This document shows, piece by piece, positions 38,784 through 51,660 of a stretch of DNA of 64,000 bases (position 1 is its first letter; the number at the start of each line of letters is the position of its first letter). The position numbers and the translations under genes are program-made. Where the stretch lies: contig OX597825.1 in NCBI GenBank assembly GCA_951406725.2, positions 88,474,001 to 88,538,000 of the forward strand, in the 5' to 3' direction. This DNA is from Octopus vulgaris. Its lineage: Eukaryota. The notes under the pieces are model-generated. The model did not search any database. It was not told the origin of the DNA and saw only the letters and a list, made by a program, of their open reading frames with translations.

Positions 38784-39606
38784 GGATCTTTTCCTTTTGA
38801 ACGGTACTTTTCAACACAATTTCTAGTTAACTAAACACTTTTAAACTTCGTATACAGGTAGAATGTGTTTATAAAACATCATTTTTTCTTGGCATTATTG
38901 AGAAAATTCTATATGTTGTAACATATTTCATCTTTAATTTCGAGCATTTCGGCAATTTTAACCAATCGCTGGCGTCCATTTAGGTAAATAACATTCTGTG
39001 CATAATGAATATGTCCCTCCTTTAAGAAACAGATTGGGTTTATTTACATTTGTGAAGAACAAAGATACCCTTCCCCTACCCCTAAATCTAACTCTCACCC
39101 TAAATCTAAAATAGATTGAAATGCAATAGATCGATACTAGGATTATAATTATGGGTGACAATTTCATACGACACCGCTACAGAAAATGGGTTCTTTTTCT
39201 AGCGGTGTCAAATGAAAATGTCACCCATAATTTTGGCCTTAGTATCGATCTATTGCATTTCAATCTATTTTAGATTTAGGGTGAAAGTTAGGGTTAGGGT
39301 TAGGGGTGGGAGAAGGGTATGATACTTAATTTATTCACAAATGTAAATAAACCCAATCTGTTTCTTAAAGGAGGGACATATTCATTATGCACAGAATGTT
39401 ATTTACCTAAATGGACGTATTTGATTGGTTAAAATTGCCGAAATGCTCGAAATTAAAGACGAAATATCTTACAATCTATGGAATTTTCTCAATAAAGCCA
39501 AGAGAAAATGATGCTTTATAAACACATTCTACCAGTACACGAAGTTTAAAACTTTTTAGTTACCTAGAAATTAAGTTACAAAGTGCCGTTCAAAAGGAAA
39601 AGATTC
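38784..39606. mobile_element. 823-bp foldback/MITE-like DNA element with ~400-bp inverted arms and 8-bp TSD
   Basis: Termini GGATCTTTTCCTTTTGAACGG / CCGTTCAAAAGGAAAAGATTC; CTCTGTAT at 38776-38783 and 39607-39614; centre ~39190; internal TTAGGG-like repeats. Confidence 0.9.
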
Positions 39607-39634
39607 CTCTGTATTTATCCCTATGTTTATTTGC

Positions 39635-39684
<50 letters not shown>

Positions 39685-39872
39685 TATATCGAGCCCCTCA
39701 TGTTTTTCTACGTTTATCTCCATATCAGCTCACCTGGATTTCTACCATAGACACTCATTACGTCGTCGACTTAATCCTGGATGACAAAGATTTCGAACTG
39801 TAAGTTCAAAGCATTTGAGTACAACTATTTCGTATATTGATCATATACGGACCTTTTCCGTTTATTGCCTTC

Positions 39873-39911
<39 letters not shown>

Positions 39912-39915
<4 letters not shown>

Positions 39916-40964
39916 AAAACAATTGTGGGTCAACGACTTCACATACGACACCACCCTTCAAACAATTAATCATATATAAAAAAAATACCCCATGGTCTAC
40001 AAACACTTATCCATAATACATATCCATAAAATCACAGAACGTAAAAATATATCCTAATAAAATGCAAACAGAACGGCCTATCAAAAAGTTACATTTAACG
40101 ACTAAAAATTCAAAACTATCAAAAGCCTACTGGACAAATATAAAATAAAGATAAAAATAAAATAAATGTCCACCGACTAAAAAGATTTTATCTGACGATT
40201 AAAATATATTTTTTTTAAAACTATTAATATTAAAAAAATATATATTTGAAATTGTTTTTTACTGCCCTCACACAGGTACATCCACTGTTCATAAGTAGAC
40301 AGACATCCACAGGTTAAATTCACGTACGTCTTGAAAAAAGTCTTTTAATCCCTTCACACAAATACGTTCAAAGTTCATAATAAACAGATATCACCGGTCA
40401 AATTCAACATTCACATACATCTAAGTCCATTTCGTGAGATGACCACCGCAGTTTATTTACACTAAAGGGCATGACGGTGATGACCCCACATCTGAATAAA
40501 CATAAAACATTCGCAGATCAAAATTTTTACGAAAAGCTTTTACCGTTTGATAAAAGCTTATATAATTTGAGAAGATCCCATCAACGGACGAGTCCAAATT
40601 TTCTGTTGAAGAAAAAAATTGCAAAACACGCAGGTGACTGTAGTTAACAGAAAATTAACATCGCGGTTTCAACTCCCCTGGCTCTCGAAATAAGGGGCCA
40701 TTCCAGAGAATAACTCTTATTATTCCTCTTTAGATCGTGGAAATAAGATGGTAGTGTGGTAGAGTTGCAGTATTTTTCGTTGGAGAACCAGCTCACGTGG
40801 GCCCTATATCTAGCCTTAAAATTTACTGTACCTCCTATATAAAACTTATTTAGATTATCCTCATCCTTAACAACACCTTTATATACTGCATTGGTAATTG
40901 GATAGAACCCGTGAAGGGGACATGATCCAGGGTTTCTATAATTACGTGATTTGTGTTTGTACAT
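39912..40964 (-). mobile_element. Penelope-like element 3' fragment with GIY-YIG endonuclease
   Basis: ORF 40644-40964: CPLHG..NAVYKGVV..FYIGGTVNFKARYRAH..STTL..LK..LEW; long non-coding tail; TA repeats on both sides. Confidence 0.85.
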
Positions 40965-41244
40965 ATATGTGTATATATATTCATAAATATGGACGTGAAC
41001 GGGTTTTCACGAATACGATGATTGAGAAGTAAAATCCCTTGTGGTTAACGCAGTTTCTCGTCAAAATCCCGGACCAATCCAAGGGAGACAAGTTGAATCC
41101 CATGATCTTATTTTTATATTTCTATATCTCGTAAAGTCTCGTGTGGGCTTCTGTATTCTCATCCAAAATAACGAGGTGTTCCAATCTCTCCATGTGTACT
41201 GTCTCTTTCTATTTCACAGACGCACACACGCAAACATCTGCGAA

Positions 41245-41420
41245 GGTGCGTGGCCTAGTGTTTTGCGAGTTGCATCGTGATTACAAGATTTTGGGTTCTA
41301 TACTTGGGCCTAGCAGCACGTAGGGTTTTTCGACCAAAACACTTCATGTGATTTCCTCCAGTTCACTGGCCTGAAAATTGGTTATGCTGTGACGCAACAG
41401 CCTTCCGATCAGGGGAAATA
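41245..41420 (+). mobile_element. Degenerate tRNA-headed SINE
   Basis: GGTGCGTGGCCTAGTG (A-box-like) ... GGGTTCTATAC (B-box-like). Confidence 0.45.
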
Positions 41421-41559
41421 TTGGCCAGTATATATCTATTGCATTATGAGCGTATACTTAATACATTGTCTCTAAACGTGTAAATGCCATCTCCCTAGAG
41501 GAAAATATTCGAAAAATGGATACTGGCAGACTTTCTAGAATATAGTTATTAATAATACA

Positions 41560-42900
41560 AAATAGAGGAACAAGTGTTTGCCTACGTTTGTGAACCAGCT
41601 ACTAATAAAACGTATTAATACTTTTGTAGAAAGAAGTATGAAACAAGCTTATTCTGCAAATAAATGAAAAATTGATGAGAAATTTATGGGAAAATTTTGA
41701 TGGAAATTTGTACGTAATTTTTAGATATCAGCAAAACCTTTTTATCAGTCCGCCATCGAAATCTCAGGAGCAAAGTTCATGGTATTTAATTAGCGTCGCA
41801 ATATGAATTAACTAGATTAACTAATAAAAGCTTACATAATTTTGAAGAAGTCAGAAAATATTACTTAATTTAATTTTATAAACCTGATTGAGTCGGTTAA
41901 GCTAAAATTATAATTGAGATAGTATTGGTAATTTAAGTCTACATGCGTAGATATTGGAAGAAGATAGAAAGAGAGAATATATAAATAGAAATATGTAATA
42001 GACTCGTTGGAAATCCTTGATTTAAAATGTTCGAAGAAGGAATAAACAAATATTGATTAAATTATTTACTTTAATATAGTAGAATGAATTGATTAGAATG
42101 TATTGATTAAAGAAGCATACGATATTCACTGATACAAAGCATATTAATTTAAATTTACAAGAGGAGGTTATAGAATGTGTAATCAAATGTAGATAGTAGG
42201 GATCAGTAACAATTTCAGAATATCAGCAAAGATACTTGGCTATCACTGAAAGGTAATTAAAATGTACAAGCGATCGGTTTTAAAAGATAAGATTAAAAAG
42301 TGTTCATTTTGGCATAGGTTCTTAAATGAGACATGATGACATTTTGTTAGGTCGTATTAGTTAAATAGTTCTGGCGATTTAAAGGAATACTAAGTGGAGA
42401 GGGCAATAAAGCGGGGGGGGATAATAGGAGGTGTTATAAGAGGAAACTAATTGAAAATTGTTGTTGAGTATATTAATTTATATCCTCGATAATTGTAAAT
42501 AATAATTAATAGTATTTCATTGCATATTTGTTCAGGAGATGATTGTGGCATATAGCCGTGAAAAGAATTGAATCCAGAATTATATAAGTCACTTGTAGAG
42601 CATTAAAGTTATATGTAATCAAAGAGAAATCAAAATAGTTTGAACAATGTACAAATGGTGGTGCCCCAGCATGGCCACAGCTCGTGATCTGAAACTAGAT
42701 GAAATGAAAAAAATATAAGAACTTGATTTTAAAACATATACAAAGATTGGAAAAGAAGCCAGGCAGATTTAAATTACTTATACGAAAGAATTTGAATACC
42801 TGATTGAAAAACTATCAATATTGATGAAATAAGGATGAATCTGAATTTATAACTTCAACAATAGCAAATTAGTAGAGAACTAAATTATACGCATTATCTA
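41560..42900 (+). pseudogene. Possible endogenous RNA-virus RdRp relic
   Basis: NRLVGNP (41997), NISKDTW (42219) and GILSGEGNKAGGDN (42384) in one frame; HICSGDDCGI (42523) after a frameshift; many stops; SINE-tail insertion at 42656-42710. Confidence 0.4.
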
Positions 42901-43743
42901 TGGTGTTGTAATGGTGAACAGAAGGTACAATGGAATGTTCTTATTTGTATGAAAATTATCGAAGATTATGTTTTATGCCTTTTGCCGCCTGGTGGCGTCT
43001 TTGTCGAATGCTTTCTCTAAACGCTCGGCGATTGAAAGCTTACGAGTTCTCATTGTTTCTCTCTAAACTAAACTGCAATGCAGTTTCCCAATGGAGACTG
43101 TTAGATACAGATATATATTCCATTTCTTAGTTGTCCATAACCGAAGATGTAAACAAAGTCAAATTATTACAATTGTCTATTCTGAATCAGAACACTTTTA
43201 ATCTGAAAATAACCGCTGATATATGGTTGTATAAAACAAAATAAAAGACAACTTTTTTTTGTTGACGATGAAGACGGATTTCCACAACAGACTTGTACAT
43301 ATTTGGGTTATTTTGCGGAGTATTTCGTGGGTGTTTCGTTGTATAAAACCAAAATACGTGATTTTAATTTAAAATGGAGAAATAAGAAGAACAAAGAAAA
43401 GCGCTACCTCGACTCGTATACATAGACTGCCAGCCAGAATTTAGTCAACGGACCAAGTATCGGGAAGAAAGTTGGTGAAGTGAGTGTGTACAAGATAAGT
43501 ACAAAAATGAATACAAAGATTTAGCACACTAATAATGACCAACGAAGAAGACACAATCAAAAAAAGAACGAATTAGAAGGATGAAAGAGACATTGGGGCT
43601 CATCCGCAGACATTTTGCTACAGTTTTGTCTTATCCTCAGCACCAAGTTACAAAATCCATGCGCCCGAGACAGATTACGGTAAACCAGCAAGAAGTCCAC
43701 CAAGAGAAACGTCGTAAAAATTTCCAAGAGGAATCATGACAAA

Positions 43744-43858
43744 GGCGCAGACGTGTGGTAAGAAGTTTGTTTCGCGACCACATGCATCTGAGTTCAATCC
43801 TTTTGGAAGTGAAGAGTCTTGTAAGTGGATTCAGCAGACAGAAACAAATAAGCCCAGT

Positions 43859-43893
<35 letters not shown>

Positions 43894-44140
43894 GTGTATG
43901 TGTGTGTGTCTGTGTGTGTACGTGTGTGTGAGTGTCTGTGTTTTTCTCCCCTCCCCACCTTGACAACAGGTTTTCATGTGTTTACGTCTCCGTTACTCAG
44001 CGGTTTGCTAACAGAAAGTGATAGGATAAGTACTAGTCTTTATTTTAAAAGTAAATAGTGGGTCGATTCATTCGACTAAAAACTCTTCAGCGTGGTGCTC
44101 CAGCATGGCCGCAGTCTAATGACTGAAACAAGTAAAAGAT
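43744..44140 (+). mobile_element. SINE family A, diverged
   Basis: GGCGCAG..TGTGGTAAG head; tail GGTGCTCCAGCATGGCCGCAGTCTAATGACTGAAACAAGTAAAAG. Confidence 0.8.
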
Positions 44141-45349
44141 AAATTTTAAAATCTCAAACGTAAACAGTCCAAAGAGACTTTTCTTCGGTTCACCAAGTTT
44201 TGATAAATCAAAAATTCTTGTTCCGAAGATTATTGCGGATTTCTTCGAGGATTTCTTACTCTCCAGAAAATAAAGAGAGCAGCCGAATAACCACTACTCG
44301 TCATACTCTGAGCCGGGTAGCTTCGAACTGAACAAATAGTAACCATTACATACGACACAGAGATAGAGAGTAGTTAGTCCCTCTCTGGTTTCTGGTTTGA
44401 AGTCACTCACCATCAGTCAAATCCAACCATGCCTCACATTCTTGGATATCATTCTCGAGACACAAATTTTAAACTCCTAACTTCGTTGTAACACATCCCA
44501 GTTAATCTTTATGTTCATACAATCCAAAATCTTCCTTAATCCCAAGTTCCAATATTATTTCACAAATTCCAACCACAACGAATTACCTCTTTAAACGTAT
44601 TTTTACTTTAACAGAGGAGTTTTATTACAAACGGCAAATTAAATTCAAAATATTTCCAGAAATATATTTTTTTCTTAGGCGTAACTTAGGAAAATATGGT
44701 TTGCCCAATTCCCATGGGCTTTTGTCGATGACCGCAGTACCTTAGTGGTTTTCATCTTAAACACCGTGAAGGAAATTGGTGCGTCGAAGAATGAATGTGC
44801 ATTGAGAATGGGTGTGCAATAAGACATCAATTACACGAAGAACATGAAGAATTAAATAAATGGAACACATAAACATATAGAAGCTTTTGAGTGGCAGTCA
44901 ACTCAGGTACTATCTATGAAATACATGTGAGAGAGAGGGGGAGAGAGAGAGAGAAAGAGAAAGACAGAACGGAAGAGGAAATGAGGGGTACACAGTGAGA
45001 GAGAAAGACAGAAAGAGAGTGAAAGAGACAGACACGACAGATGAGGGAATGACACGGGTAGTGAGAGAGATAGAGAAAGAGAGAAAAAGATACAGACAGA
45101 CTAACGACACGTGTTTTGTGGTTCTAATTAAGAAATGATAATAGTAATGATAATAGTAGTAGTAGTAAAATCACTTGAATGTGAATATAACCACTCTTCA
45201 GGTTATATATAAGATAGTAATTTTTCTAATGGTATAATTTAATTTTTCATTATTGAATTGATAAAATTGGTTATTCTCTAATTTATGTATATATATATAT
45301 GTATATATATACATACACACATATTTATATATTTATATACGTGCACACA

Positions 45350-45395
<46 letters not shown>

Positions 45396-45975
45396 GCGTG
45401 TGTGTGTGTATGTATATGTATATTTGTTTACGTGTATGTGTGTGTTTGTACGTATATGCATAAATTTATTTATATATGTGAAAACAAAAATACCATAAAA
45501 TCTGCTATTCTGTGTTTCACGTTCCCGTTTGTAGGGAAGTTGTGATCAAGAATGGAATGAAAATTGTGATTGTGCATATAAAGTATATTTTGAAACGTAC
45601 GAGTGCGGGTACACATACACACACACACACATACAATACCAACACACAGTTTTATTGAAAGTCATCTCGAATAAAGTAAATATTCGCAACACAAGAAGCA
45701 GGTTGAGATCCTAGAACGTGCGCTTTTGCAAGTGTCATCTTTTACAATTACATCCATCAGGAATACGTGAGAGAAGAGGGACCTCGTAGGGACCCGGCGG
45801 CTGATCGTATCGAGTGCGCCTCCGATTCAAAACCAATGACTCCTGCACACACTCAATTTCCCAGTGAATGAAATCTTTACCTGACTGAGGAATATTCAGT
45901 CAATTTCATGTTCATACAAGAGATTATTCAGTCGATCGATCAAATTAAACTCCTCTTGCCCAAAGACGGAGATCC

Positions 45976-46031
<56 letters not shown>

Positions 46032-46424
46032 TATATATATATGCGTGTGTGTGTTTATGTGTGTGCAATCATTAAAAGAAATTGGCATATATCGATCATT
46101 TCATATGTAAATTTAATTGTATTCCAGAAATGATTTCATATTTATAATGCCAGGTATGCGTGGAGCTGCTGTCGGTTATTTAATCAAATTCTTCCTAAAC
46201 TTTCATGTCGTAAGTTCTACATTATTATATTTATTGATTTAAATTTCCTTCGCAAATATGCAGGCTATAAAACATCCATCCCACTTATTAAGCCACTGTG
46301 TGTATGTGTGTACGCACACACGCACACATATGAGTGTGTGTACGTGCTTGTGTGATGTGTGCATGCGTATGTGTGTGTATACATACATATATTTAGAGAG
46401 AAGCAGAGTGAAGAAGCAATGCTC

Positions 46425-46437
46425 TATGTATATATAT

Positions 46438-46472
<35 letters not shown>

Positions 46473-46525
46473 GAAATATATATATATATATATATACATA
46501 TATAGATATATATATATAGATAGAT

Positions 46526-46580
<55 letters not shown>

Positions 46581-46807
46581 TATACATATACATATATATA
46601 TAGATATAGATATATACATAGATATATATATATATAAATATATATATATACATACATATACATATACATGCATATATATATATACATACATATACATACA
46701 TATACATGCATATACATATATATATATACACATACATATATATATATACATATACATATATACATACATATACATATATATACATGCATATACATATATA
46801 TACATGC

Positions 46808-46882
<75 letters not shown>

Positions 46883-46938
46883 TATATACGTATATATATA
46901 TGATATATACACACACACACACACACACACATATATGT
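46425..46938. repeat. Compound (TA)n/(CA)n microsatellite
   Basis: About 510 bp low-complexity tract. Confidence 0.95.
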
Positions 46939-47021
46939 ATTCTTACATACCATTCTTAGATGCATTGCAGTTTAGTAGCATAAACTTAATTTAATTCAGT
47001 GTCTTATTCTGTTATAATTAA

Positions 47022-47231
47022 TTATTGAGCAATGGAGCAGCACGGGCAATCAAGGTGACGCTAGAGTGCCAAAATCCGAAGCCCAATATACCCAAAACGC
47101 ATCCCATCTGTTAAGTGCGCAAAAGGCACATGTATAACAACCATATGGGCACGACTTTGCGTCCTTATATCAAGATGTACATGAAATTTCGTGTGGGGTC
47201 CAGTTACGAGTTTATTCACGTTGAGAGGTCC
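47022..47231 (-). mobile_element. Diverged relative of the 3' 200 bp of the 560-bp element
   Basis: ATCTTGATAT, CATATGGTTG, CATGTGCCT, GGGTATATTGGGCTTCG and GCTCAATAA occur in the same order as in 23745-23955. Confidence 0.75.
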
Positions 47232-47925
47232 ATCAATAGCTTTTTGACAGTCTACCCAGACTACCAACAAGTCTGTGTCGTTTCTGACAATCTTCCAAGA
47301 TCATCTAATTGATGAGTAGGTGATCTTTACAACCATAGAACACACAATTACATCCTTTTTGCTCATTCGGGAATATGCCAATTTTTAATTAAAATACTCA
47401 ATCAAGATAGATGTTTGTATTTTATACATTATTGTTAAGAGGTTATGACTGTAAATAATTTTGGTTAATTTGTTTCTTCATTTTTGAAAATAGGAATGTA
47501 ACACCATTACCTAGCCAAGAGGGAATCAATGTTGTAAAGTTTTGTTAGCTGTTCATGACTCTCTGGGAGAGCATTCTACCAGAAGTTATGAATTTTATGT
47601 TTTCCTGGAGTCTTCCATTTGCTTGACTTCCTGAGAAGTCTTAGATCCCCTGCCTTGATACCCTCCCACTTTTGCTCTTCTAAGTCAGTAGATATTCTGT
47701 CAATCCAATTGTTATTGTGTTTTTTCTTCTGCCCAAATCGTATTCCAACATTACTGCACTTACTCTTTTGATGGCACAGATTTTACTATAAATGGTATCT
47801 TCCCTACTTCCCTGTAAAACTTGTTTGGGCTATTTTGGAACATGATGTCCTTGAAGACTCTAACGCGCTTTTCATATCTTGCTAAGCAGACAGCTTTTGC
47901 ACATACTTTTTGCTTGACAGTTACT
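47232..47925 (-). pseudogene. R4/Dong-type retrotransposon pre-RT and RT N-terminal fragment
   Basis: KQKV.AKA..LARYEKR..NKFYREVG; KWKTPG.HKIHNFW; MYKIQTSIL; YGCKDHLLIN*MILED; VWVDCQKAID (=WIDYKKAFD). Confidence 0.85.
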
Positions 47926-47957
47926 TGATATTACTATCATTATTATTATCATTATTA

Positions 47958-48012
<55 letters not shown>

Positions 48013-48186
48013 GAGGCATCTCGGATACTTCTTAATTACCGATTATTCTTTACTTGGAAGTAGGCAATAACAAATCATCAAAGGTTTCTCTTGTGACTCA
48101 AAGAGACAATGCTCTCCTTAGAATGCGAGTTGTACCCAACAATGCTGTCTTTTGGATCACCTCGAGCCTGAGAGCAGCTCCAATAT
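48013..48186 (-). mobile_element. R4/Dong-type 3' tip
   Basis: IGAALRLEVIQKTALLGTTRILRRALSL*, short UTR, then (TAA)n on minus strand (47933-48012). Confidence 0.8.
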
Positions 48187-48209
48187 TAATATGTTTTTAT
48201 GTCATTATT

Positions 48210-48750
48210 ATTGAGTGAGAGAGCAGTGTATGCCATGAAAGTGATACTGGGGTAAAATATACGAAGCCCAGTATACGCATCATGACTACTCGTTTGATAA
48301 GGGTATATCAGGCACATGTATCACAACCATATGTGCGCGACATGGTAATCTCATATCACGATAAACAGCGCATGACCCTGCAGGTGAGGACGAGTTAGGA
48401 TTTTCTTCATGTTGAGTTACCCATCCTGCTCAAATGGACCTTGGCTATGAGTTGTTAAAAGGAGGTTGAACGAACTACTCATGTTTCCAGAGGCGAATTG
48501 TTCAAACTCCTTCCAACATATGACTGTGAAGCTCCCCCAGTATTTCTGCTCGTGATCAGAGATGTACATATTGCCAGTCACTGCTCGGCTGGTTTAGGTC
48601 GGACAACTGACAAGCAAATTTGTGGCATTGAGCATAATATTTGCTGTAGCCCACCTTTTATACCAAGACAAAACAATGTACTGGACAACACTTCCAGTCA
48701 GTTAAGTTCAGAAGCCATGAGAGCCTGTGTCTAGTATTGCAACTAGGTAT
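48210..48750 (-). mobile_element. ~560-bp non-coding element, copy 3
   Basis: Reverse complement colinear with 23396-23953; (TAA)n on both sides. Confidence 0.85.
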
Positions 48751-48781
48751 ACTCTTCTTCTTCTTATTATTATTATTATTA

Positions 48782-48827
<46 letters not shown>

Positions 48828-49192
48828 GACGGTGAGCTGGCAAAATCGTTATCACGTCAGGCGAAATGCTTAGCGGTATTTCGTCTGCCGCTACGTTGCT
48901 AGTTCAAATTCCGCCGAGGTCGACTTTGCCTTTCATCCTTTCGGGGTCGATTAAATAAGTACTTGTTACGCACTGGGTTCGATATGAATCCGTTTGTCTG
49001 TCCTTGTTTGTCCTCTCTGTGTTTAGCCATTTGTACTGAGTTCAAATTGCGTCGTGATCGACTTTGCCTTTCATCCGTGTTGGTATATTAAGTACCAGTT
49101 AACCACTGGGGTCTATGTAATCGACTCATTCCCTCGCCCCCCACCAAATTGCTGGCTTTATGACAAAATTTTAAAATATTATTACTATTATT
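48828..49192 (+). mobile_element. Two tandem SINE family B copies with different tails
   Basis: 48828-49033 ends CCTCTCTGTGTTTAGCC; 49036-49192 ends GCTGGCTTTATGACAAAATTTTAAAAT(ATT)n. Confidence 0.8.
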
Positions 49193-50399
49193 ACCAATAT
49201 AAATAATCGATATAATTGAATAATTGAAATCAGCCATTTCAATTTAATGGCTGTAGAAGGTGGTGGCCCCGTTGATAGATGTTACTGGATGGTTATACGA
49301 TTTTTTCTTTACAATAGATATCAACATACAACAATTAATAAACTTGTCTTCTTGTATCTGAAACGAATTCTCACTCACATGATTTTTCTTCGACTATAAG
49401 CGTAACAGATTTTAAAATGTTCGAGATTAAAGAGCGCCCTAAATATTTATTTAATGAATAACCGCTAACATCCATATGGTTTACGTTGTATTTAAATATT
49501 TTATAGAGAATTTGTTATCAGAATTGTCGTTATTTGAATTAATGTTATATTTATCGTTACTATATTGGTAATTTTCTTATTGTTGCCATCAGAACGAGAA
49601 CTTTGAAACTTTTTAAATTTTATATTTAATTTGCAATTAACACAATTTCACTAAATATGCACTCGCACCATTTTAATGCATTCATTAATAAAACATCAAT
49701 ATCGTAAAATTACTAATATTTCATTGCTGATTATATTAGTAGTTTTTCCTATAATATAATTATGATACAGACTTGCACTCGGCAGGGGCTGCATAATAGC
49801 TTTGGTTTATAAGTATTTCCTCCGGGTCTTAACACCTTGAGTTCAATTTCCCCGAGTACAATTTTGTTTTACAGGCCACAAAATTCATAAAACAAGTATC
49901 ACCTATGTATTAGGGTCTATAATATAAGAGACTGCTTCACTTTTCCGCTCATTTTACCTTTGTGACTTAAAGGAACTCTTATAAATGAGAGGGTGATATG
50001 ATATGATAGTGATATGTTTAGGTATTACAATTGTATTACTACCGCAGCATAGTATTGCTGTTTTTATTTTACAAATTTTCCATAAATAAAACTGAGAGAA
50101 ACCATTCCTGCCACCATCCTCTGTGGACAGACAATGGTAAAGCCTCAAAACGTCTTGCAGTGCAATGATATTGCCAGGAGAGTCGGAAGGTCAACTGGTG
50201 AAGAGCTTTATGGGTGTGATGGTTAAGATCGATATTCAACGATTCCACGATTAAGTAGAATGCGTAATTAATTGCATGTACGAGAACAAATAAATAAACA
50301 GTTCTCGTATGCAGCAAACATCTATTGCGTTGCTGACATATTACAGATGCCCAACGTAAAGCAGATGTTTTACTAAATTCTTCGTATAGATATATATTA

Positions 50400-51660
50400 T
50401 ACTTTTAACTTCAGGCACACGTATTGTTTTAGTTGATTTTGTCAACTTCACAGTATAGTAGGGTCAGTTGGGCACCGTTTGTGGGAAACACAGCATCATG
50501 AGGCAATTCACTCTGTTAGAAATTTGGAAACCACATGCTTTACTGCTTCGCATTCTCGCCAGCAGCCCAATACGAAAATTTCACAGTGTTTGCGTATCAA
50601 TCCGAGGACAGTGCAGAGCATTCGACAAGAGTTGGATGAGTCTAATAGTAATTACGAAGGCTCGGTAGCCCGAAAATATTTACTTGGATCCTTATGACAA
50701 GCAAAGAATTCCTGAATTTGTTGGTGCGATTCCGGCCACGATTGACAACGTTCCCTCCGAGTCAATCAGGTCCATCGCCAGGGACATGGGAGTGTTTGAG
50801 ATCCTTTTCAGGCAGGTAGTGCATCTTGACATTCGGTATTCCTCAACCAAGATGAGAAGGGACCACTTTTTGATCCCAAGCCATCAAGAACAAAAGAGAG
50901 ACAGCGCTACGAAACTTTTGAACAAACTCAAGAATCCGCTCAAACTGATAATGCTTTGGTTTCCTCAGACGAGAAAAATTTCTGCCGGGATCTGATAGTG
51001 AACACACAGAGCAACCGTTGGCTTGCCGTGTGCCAAGAGTGATAAAAATCAAACATCCAGTTAACATTATGGTGTTTGGATTGATCACTAATGATGGCTA
51101 CACTATATCTCCGTTCATCTTCTCACACAACCTCACACTCAACACGAAGGTCTATATCAAGTGCCTGGAGAAATGAGTGCTGCCCTGGGTCACGTGGGTG
51201 GCTGCTGGAAGAACGTATATCTGACAACAGGATTCTGCACCATGCCACATAAGCAGGAGAACCCAGTCATGGCTGTCAGACAATTTCTTTGACCACACTA
51301 ACCTTAACATCTAGCCACCTAATTCCCCAGACTGCAACCCCCTTGATTATTATGTGTGGTTTGTAGTTAAGTAAGAGACATACAAAACAACTTGTAACAC
51401 TGAAGATGAACTGAAGGCAAGGATTGTGACAGTATTCAACGATTTAAGCAAGGAGTGCGTCCAGAAGAATTTCCGAAGGTTCCAAAGTCCTCTCGAGTTT
51501 TTTCCTGAAGCAAATGGCGATTTTATTTAATAAATTTATTCTTTCGTATTATTTCAAGATATTCTATGCAATTTTGATAAACATATCTGTTAGAATGAGA
51601 TGTCGATGTTATTTTCATTTTCGCGTAATTTAGTCGAAAATTTATTCACCTCATCCTGTG
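50400..51660 (+). pseudogene. Decayed Tc1/mariner-superfamily transposon, DD37D (maT) type
   Basis: SDEKNF, IMVFGLITNDG, QQDSAPCH..QSWL, PPNSPDCNPLDYYVW; 37 residues between second and third D; probable right TIR ending ~51660. Confidence 0.85.

Noticed and set aside
39287-39305. Telomere or chromosome-fusion scar from TTAGGG repeats
   Set aside because: Only about three units, internal to a TSD-flanked foldback element
45705-45765. Minus-strand CTGATGG..TTGCA-AAAGCGCACGTT
   Set aside because: Too many core deviations to call a ribozyme
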